DNA of 64,000 bases from Escherichia coli. GTDB lineage: Bacteria > Pseudomonadota > Gammaproteobacteria > Enterobacterales > Enterobacteriaceae. The notes below the pieces were generated by a model, which was given only the letters and a program-made list of their open reading frames with translations, was not told the DNA's origin and ran no database searches. How positions within the stretch are numbered: the stretch's first letter is position 1; each line of letters begins with the position of its first letter. A program made the position numbers and the translations under genes. The DNA is taken from NCBI RefSeq assembly GCF_011045215.1, contig NZ_CP049201.1. One strand, given 5' to 3'. Of the stretch, positions 1 to 28,547 are shown piece by piece.

Positions 1-1874
1 TCCTGGGCTTCCAGCCACGCCATTTCGCACTCTTCCAGGCCGGATTTGGCGCTGGCTTGCTGTTGCAGGCAGGCGGTCAACTCCGCTTTACGGCTCTGGT
101 CATACAGTTCGCTGTCGCCGAGTTTCTCTTCCGCCTGCGCCAGTTGCGCGTTCAGCTTCTCCATCTCTTTTTCCAGACGGGCAATCTCTTTACGCAGTGG
201 CTGGGTTTGCGCACGCAACTCCGCTTCCCGACGCTTCTGATCTTTACGTGCCTGGGCGCTGTTCGCGTTCTCTTTTGGCGCTTCGTCGGTCTGGTTTTCC
301 TGCTTTTGTACGTCGCTCAACCACTGTTGATAATCTTCCAGATCGCCGTCGAACGGTTCGACTTTACGATCGTGAACCAGGTAGAGGTCGTCAGTGGTGG
401 AACGCAGCAAATGACGGTCGTGCGAAACGACAACCAGCGCGCCTTCAAACTCGATTAATGCTTCGGTGAGTGCCTGACGCATGTCGAGGTCAAGGTGGTT
501 AGTCGGTTCGTCGAGCAGCAGCAGATTCGGACGCTGCCAGACGATTAATGCCAGCACCAGGCGGGCTTTTTCCCCACCGGAGAAGCGGCGCGTTTCTTCG
601 GTTACTTTATCGCCCTGGAAACCAAAGCCGCCGAGGTAGTCACGCAGTTTTTGCTCCAGTTCCTGCGGCGCTAAACGTGCCAGATGTTGAATAGGCGATT
701 CGTCGGCGCGCAGGTATTCAAGTTGATGCTGGGCGAAGTAGCCGAGCTTGATCCCTTTTGCCAGGCCTATTTCACCACTGACTGGCGCAAGTTCACCGGC
801 TAACAGTTTGATTAATGTCGATTTACCCGCGCCGTTGCGGCCTAACAGACCAATGCGCGAACCGGGGACCAGATTCAGTTTAATCGAGTCGAGAATAATG
901 CGATCGCCATAGCCTGCGCTGACCTTTTCCATCTTCAGTAACGGATTTGGCAGGCTTTCCGGCGCGCGGAAGCTAAAGCGGAACGGGTTGTCGACGTGCG
1001 CGGGGGCAATCAGCTCCATACGCTCCAGCATCTTAATGCGGCTCTGGGCCTGCTTCGCTTTGGTGGCTTTGGCACGGAAACGGTCGATATAACTTTGCAG
1101 ATGTGCCACGCGTTCCTGCTGGCTTTCATACATCGCTTGTTGCTGCGCCAGACGGGTGGCGCGCTGTACTTCAAACGAACTGTAGTTGCCGGTGTACTCG
1201 AACATGCTTTGTTGTTCGATATGAATAATTTTATCAACGATCGGATCGAGGAAGTCGCGGTCGTGAGAGATCAGGATCAGCGTGCCCTGATAGCTCTTCA
1301 GCCATTTTTCCAGCCAGATAACGGCATCGAGATCGAGGTGGTTAGTCGGTTCGTCGAGCAGCAGCAAGTCTGAACGGCAAATCAGCGCCTGGGCAAGGTT
1401 AAGACGCATACGCCAGCCACCAGAGAAATCACTTACCGGGCGCTCCAGTTGTTCATTGCTGAAACCGAGGCCGTGCAGCAGGCTGGCGGCACGGGAGCGA
1501 ATACTCCATGCGTCAATAGCATCCAGCTTGCCATGAATGGTCGCAATGGCGTGCCCGTCGTTACGTTCGTTGGCGTCGTGTAGCTGCGCTTCCAGTTGAC
1601 GATATTCACGGTCGCCGTCAATGACATATTCCAGCGCCGCTTGCGGTAACGCCGGCGTTTCCTGATTCACCCACGCCAGTTGCCAGCTTCCCGGAAAGGT
1701 GTAGCTGCCGCCGTCGGCGCTGATTTCATTTTTCAGCAATGCCAGCAGGGTAGATTTACCACAGCCGTTTTTACCCACCAGGCCGAGTTTCTGCCCGGGG
1801 TTGATGGTGGCGGTGGCATTATCCAGCAGGACGCGCACGCCGCGACGAATTTGTAACGAGGAGAAAACAATCAT
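1..1874 (-). CDS. yheS: ABC-F family ATPase YheS, 3' end runs off the window start
   Basis: Minus-strand ORF starting at ATG 1874 and translating MIVFSSLQIRRGVRVLLDNATATINPGQKLGLVGKNGCGKSTLL with two ABC cassettes; not in ORF track because no stop lies inside the window. Confidence 0.9.
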   Translation of the reverse strand, partial: MIVFSSLQIRRGVRVLLDNATATINPGQKLGLVGKNGCGKSTLLALLKNEISADGGSYTFPGSWQLAWVNQETPALPQAALEYVIDGDREYRQLEAQLHDANERNDGHAIATIHGKLDAIDAWSIRSRAASLLHGLGFSNEQLERPVSDFSGGWRMRLNLAQALICRSDLLLLDEPTNHLDLDAVIWLEKWLKSYQGTLILISHDRDFLDPIVDKIIHIEQQSMFEYTGNYSSFEVQRATRLAQQQAMYESQQERVAHLQSYIDRFRAKATKAKQAQSRIKMLERMELIAPAHVDNPFRFSFRAPESLPNPLLKMEKVSAGYGDRIILDSIKLNLVPGSRIGLLGRNGAGKSTLIKLLAGELAPVSGEIGLAKGIKLGYFAQHQLEYLRADESPIQHLARLAPQELEQKLRDYLGGFGFQGDKVTEETRRFSGGEKARLVLALIVWQRPNLLLLDEPTNHLDLDMRQALTEALIEFEGALVVVSHDRHLLRSTTDDLYLVHDRKVEPFDGDLEDYQQWLSDVQKQENQTDEAPKENANSAQARKDQKRREAELRAQTQPLRKEIARLEKEMEKLNAQLAQAEEKLGDSELYDQSRKAELTACLQQQASAKSGLEECEMAWLEAQ

Positions 1875-2001
1875 AAGGCGCCGTATGTTCAGACTATGTT
1901 AACTTATCATTATGATAATGTAATGTATGGGCGAGCTGCCGCACCGGGCGCAATGGTAGCCCAAAACAGCGACTATACACAAAAACCATACCGGGAGGGG
2001 G

Positions 2002-2556
2002 ATGATGTCTCAGCCAGCGAAAGTTTTGCTGCTGTATGCCCATCCGGAATCTCAGGACTCGGTGGCAAACCGGGTACTGCTTAAACCGGCCACGCAGCTC
2101 AGCAATGTTACCGTGCACGACCTTTACGCGCACTATCCCGATTTTTTTATTGATATCCCCCGTGAGCAGGCATTACTGCGCGAGCACGAGGTGATTGTCT
2201 TTCAGCATCCTCTTTATACCTATAGCTGCCCGGCGCTACTGAAAGAGTGGCTGGACCGGGTATTAAGCCGTGGTTTTGCCAGCGGGCCGGGAGGAAACCA
2301 ACTGGCGGGAAAGTACTGGCGTAGTGTGATTACCACCGGCGAGCCGGAAAGTGCTTACCGTTATGACGCGTTGAATCGCTACCCGATGAGCGATGTCCTG
2401 CGCCCCTTTGAACTGGCGGCGGGCATGTGCCGGATGCATTGGTTAAGTCCCATCATTATTTACTGGGCGAGACGGCAAAGCGCACAGGAGCTGGCGAGCC
2501 ACGCCAGAGCCTACGGTGACTGGCTGGCAAATTCGCTGTCTCCAGGAGGCCGCTGA
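2002..2556 (+). CDS. kefG: glutathione-regulated K+ efflux ancillary protein KefG
   Basis: 184-aa ORF; stop overlaps kefB start (ATGA at 2553-2556). Confidence 0.93.
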
Positions 2557-4361
2557 TGGAAGGTTCCGATTTTTTACTTGCAGGAGTGCTGTTTCTCTTC
2601 GCGGCGGTGGCTGCGGTGCCGTTGGCATCGCGGCTGGGTATTGGCGCTGTGTTGGGATATTTGCTGGCAGGGATTGCAATTGGCCCGTGGGGGCTGGGGT
2701 TTATTAGCGACGTCGATGAGATCCTCCACTTTTCGGAACTCGGCGTGGTGTTCCTGATGTTTATCATCGGCCTTGAGTTGAATCCCTCCAAGCTTTGGCA
2801 ACTGCGGCGTTCGATTTTTGGCGTAGGCGCGGCACAGGTGCTGTTAAGCGCGGCGTTGCTGGCGGGATTATTGATGCTGACGGATTTCGCCTGGCAGGCG
2901 GCGGTGGTCGGTGGCATTGGCCTTGCGATGTCTTCGACCGCAATGGCGTTGCAATTGATGCGTGAGAAAGGGATGAATCGCAGCGAATCCGGGCAGCTCG
3001 GGTTTTCGGTACTGCTGTTTCAGGATCTGGCGGTGATCCCGGCACTGGCGTTAGTGCCGTTGTTGGCGGGTTCGGCAGACGAACATTTCGACTGGATGAA
3101 GATCGGCATGAAGGTGCTGGCGTTTGTCGGCATGCTGATTGGCGGGCGCTATTTATTGCGTCCGGTATTCCGTTTTATTGCAGCTTCTGGCGTGCGGGAA
3201 GTGTTCACCGCCGCGACGCTGCTGCTGGTATTGGGTTCCGCATTGTTTATGGATGCGTTGGGGCTGTCGATGGCGCTCGGTACGTTTATTGCAGGCGTGC
3301 TGCTGGCGGAAAGTGAATATCGCCATGAACTGGAAACGGCTATCGATCCGTTTAAGGGGTTGCTGCTCGGTTTGTTCTTTATATCTGTCGGCATGTCGCT
3401 CAATCTCGGGGTGCTTTATACCCATCTGTTGTGGGTAGTGATAAGCGTGGTTGTGCTGGTGGCGGTGAAAATTCTCGTGTTGTATCTGCTGGCGCGATTG
3501 TATGGCGTGCGTAGCTCAGAGCGGATGCAGTTTGCTGGCGTGTTGAGTCAGGGCGGCGAGTTTGCCTTTGTCCTCTTTTCTACCGCTTCTTCGCAACGCT
3601 TATTCCAGGGCGACCAGATGGCGCTGTTGCTGGTGACGGTGACGCTTTCCATGATGACCACGCCGTTGCTGATGAAGCTGGTGGATAAATGGCTATCCCG
3701 CCAGTTTAACGGACCGGAAGAAGAAGACGAAAAACCGTGGGTCAATGATGATAAACCGCAGGTGATTGTGGTCGGTTTCGGGCGTTTTGGGCAGGTGATT
3801 GGTCGTTTGCTGATGGCAAATAAAATGCGCATTACCGTGCTGGAGCGGGATATCAGCGCCGTTAACCTGATGCGCAAATATGGCTACAAAGTTTATTACG
3901 GTGATGCCACGCAGGTCGATCTTTTACGTTCTGCGGGTGCAGAGGCCGCTGAGTCTATCGTCATTACCTGTAACGAGCCGGAAGACACCATGAAGCTGGT
4001 GGAAATATGCCAGCAGCACTTTCCGCATTTGCATATTCTTGCGCGAGCGCGCGGACGTGTGGAAGCGCATGAGTTATTACAGGCAGGGGTGACGCAGTTT
4101 TCCCGTGAAACATTCTCCAGTGCGTTAGAGCTGGGGCGCAAGACGCTGGTCACGCTTGGCATGCATCCGCATCAGGCACAGCGGGCGCAACTGCATTTTC
4201 GCCGCCTGGATATGCGGATGCTGCGAGAGCTCATCCCAATGCATGCCGATACCGTACAAATTTCTCGCGCCAGGGAAGCCCGACGCGAACTGGAAGAGAT
4301 TTTCCAGCGTGAAATGCAACAAGAACGACGCCAGCTGGACGGCTGGGATGAATTTGAGTAG
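2556..4361 (+). CDS. kefB: glutathione-regulated potassium-efflux system protein KefB
   Basis: 601-aa ORF with membrane domain plus C-terminal nucleotide-binding motif GFGRFGQ. Confidence 0.95.
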
Positions 4362-4370
4362 AGGGTAAAG

Positions 4371-4571
4371 ATGGCAATCCGAAAACGTTTTATTGCGGGC
4401 GCAAAATGCCCGGTCTGTCAGGCGCCGGATTCAATGGCGATGTGGCGCGAAAATAATATTGATATTGTTGAATGTGTTAAGTGCGGACATCAGATGCGAG
4501 AAGCAGACAAAGAAGCTCGCGATCACGTTCGCAAAGATGAGCAAGTGATCGGGATTTTTCATCCGGACTAG
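4371..4571 (+). CDS. yheV: small zinc-ribbon protein YheV
   Basis: 66-aa ORF with CPVC...CVKCGH motifs, directly after kefB. Confidence 0.85.
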   Translation: MAIRKRFIAGAKCPVCQAPDSMAMWRENNIDIVECVKCGHQMREADKEARDHVRKDEQVIGIFHPD

Positions 4572-4665
4572 CGATATGCGCCGAGTTTTTTTAAGCTAGT
4601 GAGTACACGGCTGCAGAATTCCGCTACAATCTGCGCCACTATTCTTCCCATGCTCAGGAGATATC

Positions 4666-5256
4666 ATGAAAGTAGCAAAAGACCTGGTGGTCAGCCTGGC
4701 CTATCAGGTACGTACAGAAGACGGTGTGTTGGTTGATGAGTCTCCGGTGAGTGCGCCGCTGGACTACCTGCATGGTCACGGTTCCCTGATCTCTGGCCTG
4801 GAAACGGCGCTGGAAGGTCATGAAGTTGGCGACAAATTTGATGTCGCTGTTGGCGCGAACGACGCTTACGGTCAGTACGACGAAAACCTGGTGCAACGTG
4901 TTCCTAAAGACGTATTTATGGGCGTTGATGAACTGCAGGTAGGTATGCGTTTCCTGGCTGAAACCGACCAGGGTCCGGTACCGGTTGAAATCACTGCGGT
5001 TGAAGACGATCACGTCGTGGTTGATGGTAACCACATGCTGGCCGGTCAGAACCTGAAATTCAACGTTGAAGTTGTGGCGATTCGCGAAGCGACCGAAGAA
5101 GAACTGGCTCATGGCCACGTTCACGGCGCGCACGATCATCACCACGATCACGACCACGACGGTTGCTGCGGCGGTCATGGCCACGATCACGGTCATGAAC
5201 ACGGTGGCGAAGGTTGCTGTGGCGGTAAAGGCAACGGCGGTTGCGGTTGCCACTAA
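4666..5256 (+). CDS. slyD: FKBP-type peptidyl-prolyl isomerase SlyD with His/Cys-rich metal-binding tail
   Basis: 196-aa ORF; C-terminus HGHVHGAHDHHHDHDHDGCCGGHGHDHGHEHGGEGCCGG. Confidence 0.95.
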   Translation: MKVAKDLVVSLAYQVRTEDGVLVDESPVSAPLDYLHGHGSLISGLETALEGHEVGDKFDVAVGANDAYGQYDENLVQRVPKDVFMGVDELQVGMRFLAETDQGPVPVEITAVEDDHVVVDGNHMLAGQNLKFNVEVVAIREATEEELAHGHVHGAHDHHHDHDHDGCCGGHGHDHGHEHGGEGCCGGKGNGGCGCH

Positions 5257-5270
5257 TACCGAAAAGGTGA

Positions 5271-5299
5271 CAAAAAAGCGGGGAATCCCCGCTTTTTTT
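5271..5299. terminator. bidirectional rho-independent terminator between convergent slyD and slyX
   Basis: aaaaaagcggggaatccccgcttttttt: GC stem flanked by A-run and T-run. Confidence 0.7.
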
Positions 5300-5304
5300 A
5301 CGCC

Positions 5305-5523
5305 TCAATAATGTGGCGGTGGCGTTTCTTCAGCCTGCGACGCGATGTTCGACGGCTGGCTGGCTTTTAACTTCTCGGTCAGCAGACGCAGATGATCGCG
5401 CAGTTTCGCCATCTCCATTTCATGAGCGGTCACCGTGACGTTCAGTTCTTCAATGGTGATTTCCTGAAAAGCCAGTCGGCTCTCCAGCTCTGCCAGGCGT
5501 GCTTCCAATGATAAATCCTGCAT
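5305..5523 (-). CDS. slyX: protein SlyX
   Basis: 72-aa coiled-coil-like ORF at the conserved position. Confidence 0.9.
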
Positions 5524-5603
5524 GATTCACCTCTTTTGTCGAATGGTTGCCGCGGATTCTACTTAACTTTGCTGCCCGAGACAGCACTCATTTCGCGGTC
5601 ATC

Positions 5604-5631
5604 GAAACTAATTTAAACAAAAAGAGTCTGA
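5604..5631 (+). promoter_or_regulatory. candidate sigma-E type promoter upstream of fkpA
   Basis: gaaact-N17-tctga resembles the sigma-E -35/-10 consensus; fkpA is a known sigma-E regulon member. Confidence 0.35.
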
Positions 5632-5743
5632 AAATAGATGATAATAGGGCGTGTCTGTATGTAGATTTGTTCGACAACGCTTTATAGTACCCTTCTGATA
5701 ATAGTTAACCCTGGGGTGAGATGCCCCGATCCTGGAGATATGG

Positions 5744-6556
5744 ATGAAATCACTGTTTAAAGTAACGCTGCTGGCGACCACAATGGCCGTTGCCCTGCAT
5801 GCACCAATCACTTTTGCTGCTGAAGCTGCAAAACCTGCTACAACTGCTGACAGCAAAGCAGCGTTCAAAAATGACGATCAGAAATCAGCTTATGCACTGG
5901 GTGCCTCGCTGGGTCGTTACATGGAAAACTCTCTAAAAGAACAAGAAAAACTGGGCATCAAACTGGATAAAGATCAGCTGATCGCTGGTGTTCAGGATGC
6001 ATTTGCTGATAAGAGCAAACTCTCCGACCAAGAGATCGAACAGACTCTGCAAGCATTCGAAGCTCGCGTGAAATCTTCTGCTCAGGCGAAGATGGAAAAA
6101 GACGCGGCTGATAACGAAGCAAAAGGTAAAGAGTACCGCGAGAAATTTGCCAAAGAGAAAGGTGTGAAAACCTCTTCAACTGGTCTGGTTTATCAGGTAG
6201 TAGAAGCCGGTAAAGGCGAAGCACCGAAAGACAGCGATACTGTTGTAGTGAACTACAAAGGTACGCTGATCGACGGTAAAGAGTTCGACAACTCTTACAC
6301 CCGTGGTGAACCGCTCTCTTTCCGTCTGGACGGTGTTATCCCGGGTTGGACAGAAGGTCTGAAGAACATCAAGAAAGGCGGTAAGATCAAACTGGTTATT
6401 CCACCAGAACTGGCTTACGGCAAAGCGGGTGTTCCGGGGATCCCACCGAATTCTACCCTGGTGTTTGACGTAGAGCTGCTGGATGTGAAACCAGCGCCGA
6501 AGGCTGATGCAAAGCCGGAAGCTGATGCGAAAGCCGCAGATTCTGCTAAAAAATAA
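5744..6556 (+). CDS. fkpA: periplasmic FKBP-type peptidyl-prolyl isomerase FkpA
   Basis: 270-aa ORF with signal peptide MKSLFKVTLLATTMAVALHA and FKBP domain. Confidence 0.95.
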   Translation: MKSLFKVTLLATTMAVALHAPITFAAEAAKPATTADSKAAFKNDDQKSAYALGASLGRYMENSLKEQEKLGIKLDKDQLIAGVQDAFADKSKLSDQEIEQTLQAFEARVKSSAQAKMEKDAADNEAKGKEYREKFAKEKGVKTSSTGLVYQVVEAGKGEAPKDSDTVVVNYKGTLIDGKEFDNSYTRGEPLSFRLDGVIPGWTEGLKNIKKGGKIKLVIPPELAYGKAGVPGIPPNSTLVFDVELLDVKPAPKADAKPEADAKAADSAKK

Positions 6557-6565
6557 GCATTAAGA

Positions 6566-6596
6566 ACCGCCGCCTGACCAGGCGGCGGTTTTTTTA
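6566..6596 (+). terminator. rho-independent terminator after fkpA
   Basis: accgccgcc-tgacca-ggcggcgg followed by tttttttatt. Confidence 0.75.
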
Positions 6597-6722
6597 TTAC
6601 AGGCCGGATATAATTAGTGCTGGAAAGCGGAACCTCCGCTGTATTAATTTAGTTACCCGCATCATTAATGAGCCTGCCCTGAAAAGTTAACGACAGGCTC
6701 CTGAAAAGGAGTGTTTTTTTTC

Positions 6723-7830
<1,108 letters not shown>

Positions 7831-7831
<1 letters not shown>

Positions 7832-8190
7832 TGAAACGAATTGCGTTTGTTTTTTCTACTGTGCCTCATGGTACCGCTGCCGGGCGGGAAGGTTTAGATG
7901 CTTTACTGGCAACTTCCGCGTTAACTGACGAGCTGGCCGTCTTCTTTATTGCTGATGGCGTTTTTCAGCTACTGCCAGGACAAAAGCCCGGTGCGGTGCT
8001 GGCGCGTGATTACATTGCCACTTTTAAATTGTTGGGTCTGTACGACATTGAACAGTGCTGGGTTTGTGCGGCTTCACTGCGCGAACGTGGGTTAGATCCG
8101 CAGACACCCTTTGTTGTCGAAGCCACGCCGCTCGAAGCAGATGCCTTACGCCGCGAACTTGGCAACTACGATGTAATTTTGAGGTTTTGA
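7831..8190 (+). CDS. tusC: sulfurtransferase complex subunit TusC
   Basis: 119-aa ORF, ATGA overlap with tusD. Confidence 0.93.
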
Positions 8191-8197
8191 GGCGTTT

Positions 8198-8485
8198 ATG
8201 CTGCACACATTACATCGCTCACCCTGGCTGACGGATTTTGCTGCGCTGCTGCGTCTGCTCAGTGAAGGCGACGAACTGCTGTTATTGCAAGATGGCGTAA
8301 CTGCCGCAGTTGACGGTAACCGCTACCTTGAAAGTCTGCGTAATGCCCCCATTAAGGTCTATGCCCTGAACGAAGACCTTATTGCCCGCGGTTTGACTGG
8401 TCAAATTTCGAACGACATCATTCTCATTGACTATACTGATTTCGTCAGACTTACGGTTAAGCACTCCAGCCAGATGGCCTGGTGA
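8198..8485 (+). CDS. tusB: sulfurtransferase complex subunit TusB
   Basis: 95-aa ORF, third gene of tusDCB. Confidence 0.93.
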   Translation: MLHTLHRSPWLTDFAALLRLLSEGDELLLLQDGVTAAVDGNRYLESLRNAPIKVYALNEDLIARGLTGQISNDIILIDYTDFVRLTVKHSSQMAW

Positions 8486-8507
8486 TGGCGGGATCGTTGT
8501 ATATTTC

Positions 8508-8985
<478 letters not shown>

Positions 8986-9066
8986 TGGTTCTCCGTTAAG
9001 TAAGGCCAAACGTTTTAACTTAAATGTCAAACTAAACTCGTAGAGTTTTGGACAATCCTGAATTAA

Positions 9067-9552
<486 letters not shown>

Positions 9553-9636
9553 TCCCTTCGGAGTTTTAGTCACCAGGCGGGCGCTTCCAGTAAGCAGCCC
9601 GCTTTGGGCTACTTAAATTGAACGCCTAAAAGATAA

Positions 9637-11763
<2,127 letters not shown>

Positions 11764-11776
11764 GCCTAAGGGTTAA

Positions 11777-13018
<1,242 letters not shown>

Positions 13019-13043
13019 TTACACGTTAATTAGTTTTGAATTG

Positions 13044-13069
13044 AAAAGGGCGCTTCGGCGCCCTTTTTG
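13044..13069 (+). terminator. rho-independent terminator after tufA
   Basis: aaaagggcgc-ttcg-gcgccctttttg. Confidence 0.8.
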
Positions 13070-13143
13070 CTGCCTGTAATTTGAGCTCGAAATATTTAGT
13101 CGTAATTTTGCTCGCTGAACTATGGCGCAAATAAAACTGTGCT

Positions 13144-13167
13144 ATTGTAATCATAACTATTCTCATT
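13144..13167 (+). promoter_or_regulatory. candidate Fur box in the bfd promoter region
   Basis: attgtaatcataactattctcatt is AT-rich and loosely resembles the GATAATGATAATCATTATC consensus; bfd is known to be Fur-regulated. Confidence 0.3.
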
Positions 13168-13200
13168 TACACTTTGCGCAGAATTTGAACGGGAGCAATC

Positions 13201-13395
13201 ATGTACGTTTGTTTGTGTAATGGTGTAAGTGACAAAAAAATTCGCCAGGCAGTCCGTCAGTTTCATCCGCAATCTTTCCAACAATTGCGTAAGTTTATTC
13301 CTGTGGGAAATCAATGTGGTAAGTGCATTCGCGCCGCGCGCGAAGTGATGCAGGACGAGTTGATGCAGATGCCAGAATTTAAAGAGATTGCTTGA
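13201..13395 (+). CDS. bfd: bacterioferritin-associated ferredoxin
   Basis: 64-aa ORF MYVCLCNGVSDKKIRQ... with Cys ligands for a 2Fe-2S cluster. Confidence 0.93.
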   Translation: MYVCLCNGVSDKKIRQAVRQFHPQSFQQLRKFIPVGNQCGKCIRAAREVMQDELMQMPEFKEIA

Positions 13396-13467
13396 AGCCC
13401 ACGCTTATTTTTTGACAACCAGCTAGCCCCATCTACGCTCTAATAGTGGAAGCGGAGGGACTATAAA

Positions 13468-13944
13468 ATGAAAGGTGATGTTAAAATCATAAATTATCTC
13501 AATAAACTATTGGGAAATGAGCTTGTCGCAATCAATCAGTATTTTCTCCATGCCCGGATGTTTAAAAACTGGGGGCTGATGCGTCTCAATGACGTTGAAT
13601 ACCATGAATCCATCGATGAGATGAAACACGCTGATAAGTATATCGAGCGTATTTTGTTTTTAGAAGGAGTCCCCAACTTACAGGATTTAGGCAAACTGGG
13701 GATTGGTGAAGATGTCGAAGAGATGCTGCAATCCGACCTGCGATTAGAGCTGGAAGGCGCGAAGGATCTGCGTGAGGCTATCGCATATGCCGACAGCGTT
13801 CATGACTATGTTAGCCGCGATATGATGATCGAGATCCTTGCTGATGAAGAAGGTCATATCGACTGGCTCGAAACTGAACTGGATCTCATCGGTAAAATCG
13901 GCCTACAAAATTACCTGCAATCACAAATTAAAGTTAAAGATTAA
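13468..13944 (+). CDS. bfr: bacterioferritin
   Basis: 158-aa [39 protein letters not shown]. Confidence 0.96.
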   Translation: MKGDVKIINYLNKLLGNELVAINQYFLHARMFKNWGLMRLNDVEYHESIDEMKHADKYIERILFLEGVPNLQDLGKLGIGEDVEEMLQSDLRLELEGAKDLREAIAYADSVHDYVSRDMMIEILADEEGHIDWLETELDLIGKIGLQNYLQSQIKVKD

Positions 13945-14408
13945 CGGCCTATCAGCAAACTATCCCAGCCTATAACGAAACCCGCAGCCGCCAGAAATGG
14001 CCCAAAAGGCAGCGGGTTTTTTAATGATTCTTTTCCTCTCATGAGCAGACCAATAACTACGGCTCCGCAAGCGAATGAGGCAGCAAGGAAAACCAGTCGT
14101 GGTAAGAAGGCCCATGAATGCCAGGCGCCAAGGGCGGCGAGAAACTTCACATCACCATAGCCTAATCCTTCTTTATGGCGCAGTATGCGATACCCCCAGT
14201 AAATGACAGCGAATGTGCCGTAACCAATAATTGCCCCCCATAACGCATCGGCTAAACCATCAGGATGACAAACTTGATAGAACAAAAGACCTGACCAGAG
14301 TAACGGGCATGTAAATCTGTCAGGTAACAAGCCATGCTTTGCATCCCAGAAAAAAAGTAGGGCTGATAAACAAGCGTACAAAATTAGAAAGGGAAGGGTA
14401 GTGTCCAT
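13941..14408 (-). CDS. compact A24-family prepilin (type IV leader) peptidase-like protein at the gspO position
   Basis: 155-aa polytopic membrane ORF with D-x3-H-x3-LPD and GYGDVK motifs; convergent with bfr, 4-nt overlap; no N-terminal Cys-rich domain. Confidence 0.7.
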   Translation of the reverse strand: MDTTLPFLILYACLSALLFFWDAKHGLLPDRFTCPLLWSGLLFYQVCHPDGLADALWGAIIGYGTFAVIYWGYRILRHKEGLGYGDVKFLAALGAWHSWAFLPRLVFLAASFACGAVVIGLLMRGKESLKNPLPFGPFLAAAGFVIGWDSLLIGR

Positions 14409-14580
14409 AAAACATCCTCTGTAATTGGAGTATCACCATCGAATAACTCCGGATGCTCAGCAACAGAGAGAGCGCTGATTTGTTAACCTGATTCCGGTGA
14501 AAAACGCTATCTTCATAACCTTACAAATTTCGTGGAATGCAGCTCGCAATCTGCGCGTTGCGATTAATTTCCACCCAATG

Positions 14581-14608
14581 CTTGCGTCAGGCTCAGATTT
14601 GCGTATAA
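14581..14608 (+). promoter_or_regulatory. S10 operon promoter, followed by the about 175-nt leader (L4-responsive attenuator region)
   Basis: ttgcgt-N16-tataat with GC-rich discriminator gcgcggg; long untranslated leader before rpsJ. Confidence 0.6.
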
Positions 14609-14765
14609 TGCGCGGGCTTGTCGTAGTTGACAGCAGGTTCAATCTGAACCTCAGTTAGCCGAATTTGGCTACCTAACAATGCTCCCAATCGGGGAGCTAC
14701 GTAAGAACGGTTACACTCTCCCATCAATCGTAATGGGTCTGAGGAGTAATCATTTTCGTTTATAA

Positions 14766-15098
<333 letters not shown>

Positions 15099-15118
15099 TC
15101 AGGTCATTGAGCGATTGA

Positions 15119-17514
<2,396 letters not shown>

Positions 17515-17527
17515 TTTTAGAGGATAA

Positions 17528-17809
<282 letters not shown>

Positions 17810-17814
17810 GGTAG

Positions 17815-19743
<1,929 letters not shown>

Positions 19744-19767
19744 TACAGTACACTCTCTCGATACGAA

Positions 19768-19799
19768 TAAACGGCTCAGAAATGAGCCGTTTATTTTTT
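19768..19799 (+). terminator. rho-independent terminator at the end of the S10 operon
   Basis: aaacggctca-gaaa-tgagccgttt followed by attttttc. Confidence 0.75.
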
Positions 19800-19820
19800 C
19801 TACCCATATCCTTGAAGCGG

Positions 19821-19829
19821 TGTTATAAT
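19821..19829 (+). promoter_or_regulatory. spc operon promoter, extended -10 element
   Basis: tgttataat (TGnTATAAT) about 80 bp upstream of rplN; -35 not confidently assigned. Confidence 0.45.
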
Positions 19830-19895
19830 GCCGCGCCCTCGATATGGGGATTTTTAACGACCTGATTTTCGGGTCTCAGTAGTAGTTGACATTAG

Positions 19896-21158
<1,263 letters not shown>

Positions 21159-21169
21159 GGTAGGGTTAC

Positions 21170-21478
<309 letters not shown>

Positions 21479-21505
21479 TTGTCACCAATTGAATCACGGG
21501 AGTAA

Positions 21506-22813
<1,308 letters not shown>

Positions 22814-22818
22814 GGTAG

Positions 22819-23952
<1,134 letters not shown>

Positions 23953-23959
23953 GTAGCAG

Positions 23960-25439
<1,480 letters not shown>

Positions 25440-25457
25440 TTTTTTCGCATATTTTTC

Positions 25458-25486
25458 TTGCAAAGTTGGGTTGAGCTGGCTAGATT
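25458..25486 (+). promoter_or_regulatory. alpha operon promoter
   Basis: ttgcaa-N17-tagatt upstream of the rpsM leader. Confidence 0.5.
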
Positions 25487-25576
25487 AGCCAGCCAATCTT
25501 TTGTATGTCTGTGCGTTTCCATTTGAGTATCCTGAAAACGGGCTTTTCAGCATGGAACGTACATATTAAATAGTAG

Positions 25577-25942
<366 letters not shown>

Positions 25943-25955
25943 TCGGGGTGATTGA

Positions 25956-27002
<1,047 letters not shown>

Positions 27003-27027
27003 AGCTTAGTACCAAAGAGAGGACACA

Positions 27028-28017
27028 ATGCAGGGTTCTGTGACAGAGTTTCTAAAACCGCGCCTGGTTGATATCGAGCAAGTGAGTTCGACGCACGCCA
27101 AGGTGACCCTTGAGCCTTTAGAGCGTGGCTTTGGCCATACTCTGGGTAACGCACTGCGCCGTATTCTGCTCTCATCGATGCCGGGTTGCGCGGTGACCGA
27201 GGTTGAGATTGATGGTGTACTACATGAGTACAGCACCAAAGAAGGCGTTCAGGAAGATATCCTGGAAATCCTGCTCAACCTGAAAGGGCTGGCGGTGAGA
27301 GTTCAGGGCAAAGATGAAGTTATTCTTACCTTGAATAAATCTGGCATTGGCCCTGTGACTGCAGCCGATATCACCCACGACGGTGATGTCGAAATCGTCA
27401 AGCCGCAGCACGTGATCTGCCACCTGACCGATGAGAACGCGTCTATTAGCATGCGTATCAAAGTTCAGCGCGGTCGTGGTTATGTGCCGGCTTCTACCCG
27501 AATTCATTCGGAAGAAGATGAGCGCCCAATCGGCCGTCTGCTGGTCGACGCATGCTACAGCCCTGTGGAGCGTATTGCCTACAATGTTGAAGCAGCGCGT
27601 GTAGAACAGCGTACCGACCTGGACAAGCTGGTCATCGAAATGGAAACCAACGGCACAATCGATCCTGAAGAGGCGATTCGTCGTGCGGCAACCATTCTGG
27701 CTGAACAACTGGAAGCTTTCGTTGACTTACGTGATGTACGTCAGCCTGAAGTGAAAGAAGAGAAACCAGAGTTCGATCCGATCCTGCTGCGCCCTGTTGA
27801 CGATCTGGAATTGACTGTCCGCTCTGCTAACTGCCTTAAAGCAGAAGCTATCCACTATATCGGTGATCTGGTACAACGTACCGAGGTTGAGCTCCTTAAA
27901 ACGCCTAACCTTGGTAAAAAATCTCTTACTGAGATTAAAGACGTGCTGGCTTCCCGTGGACTGTCTCTGGGCATGCGCCTGGAAAACTGGCCACCGGCAA
28001 GCATCGCTGACGAGTAA
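27028..28017 (+). CDS. rpoA: DNA-directed RNA polymerase subunit alpha
   Basis: 329-aa [56 protein letters not shown]. Confidence 0.98.
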
Positions 28018-28033
28018 CCGGATCACAGGTTAA

Positions 28034-28441
<408 letters not shown>

Positions 28442-28454
28442 TCTGAAGCAACGT

Positions 28455-28482
28455 AAAAAAACCCGCCCCGGCGGGTTTTTTT
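28455..28482 (+). terminator. rho-independent terminator of the alpha operon
   Basis: aaaaaaacccgccccggcgggttttttt. Confidence 0.85.
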
Positions 28483-28547
28483 ATACCCGTAGTATCCCCA
28501 CTTATCTACAATAGCTGTACTCTTTTTGTTCATCCCCTGGAGTATAT

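Noticed and set aside
5100-5256. Repetitive cac/gat/ggt/tgc-rich stretch resembling a short tandem repeat
   Set aside because: It is the in-frame coding sequence of the His/Cys/Gly-rich metal-binding tail of SlyD
14457-14642. 61-aa minus-strand ORF overlapping the S10 promoter
   Set aside because: Overlaps a strong promoter and leader; no ribosome-binding site; likely spurious
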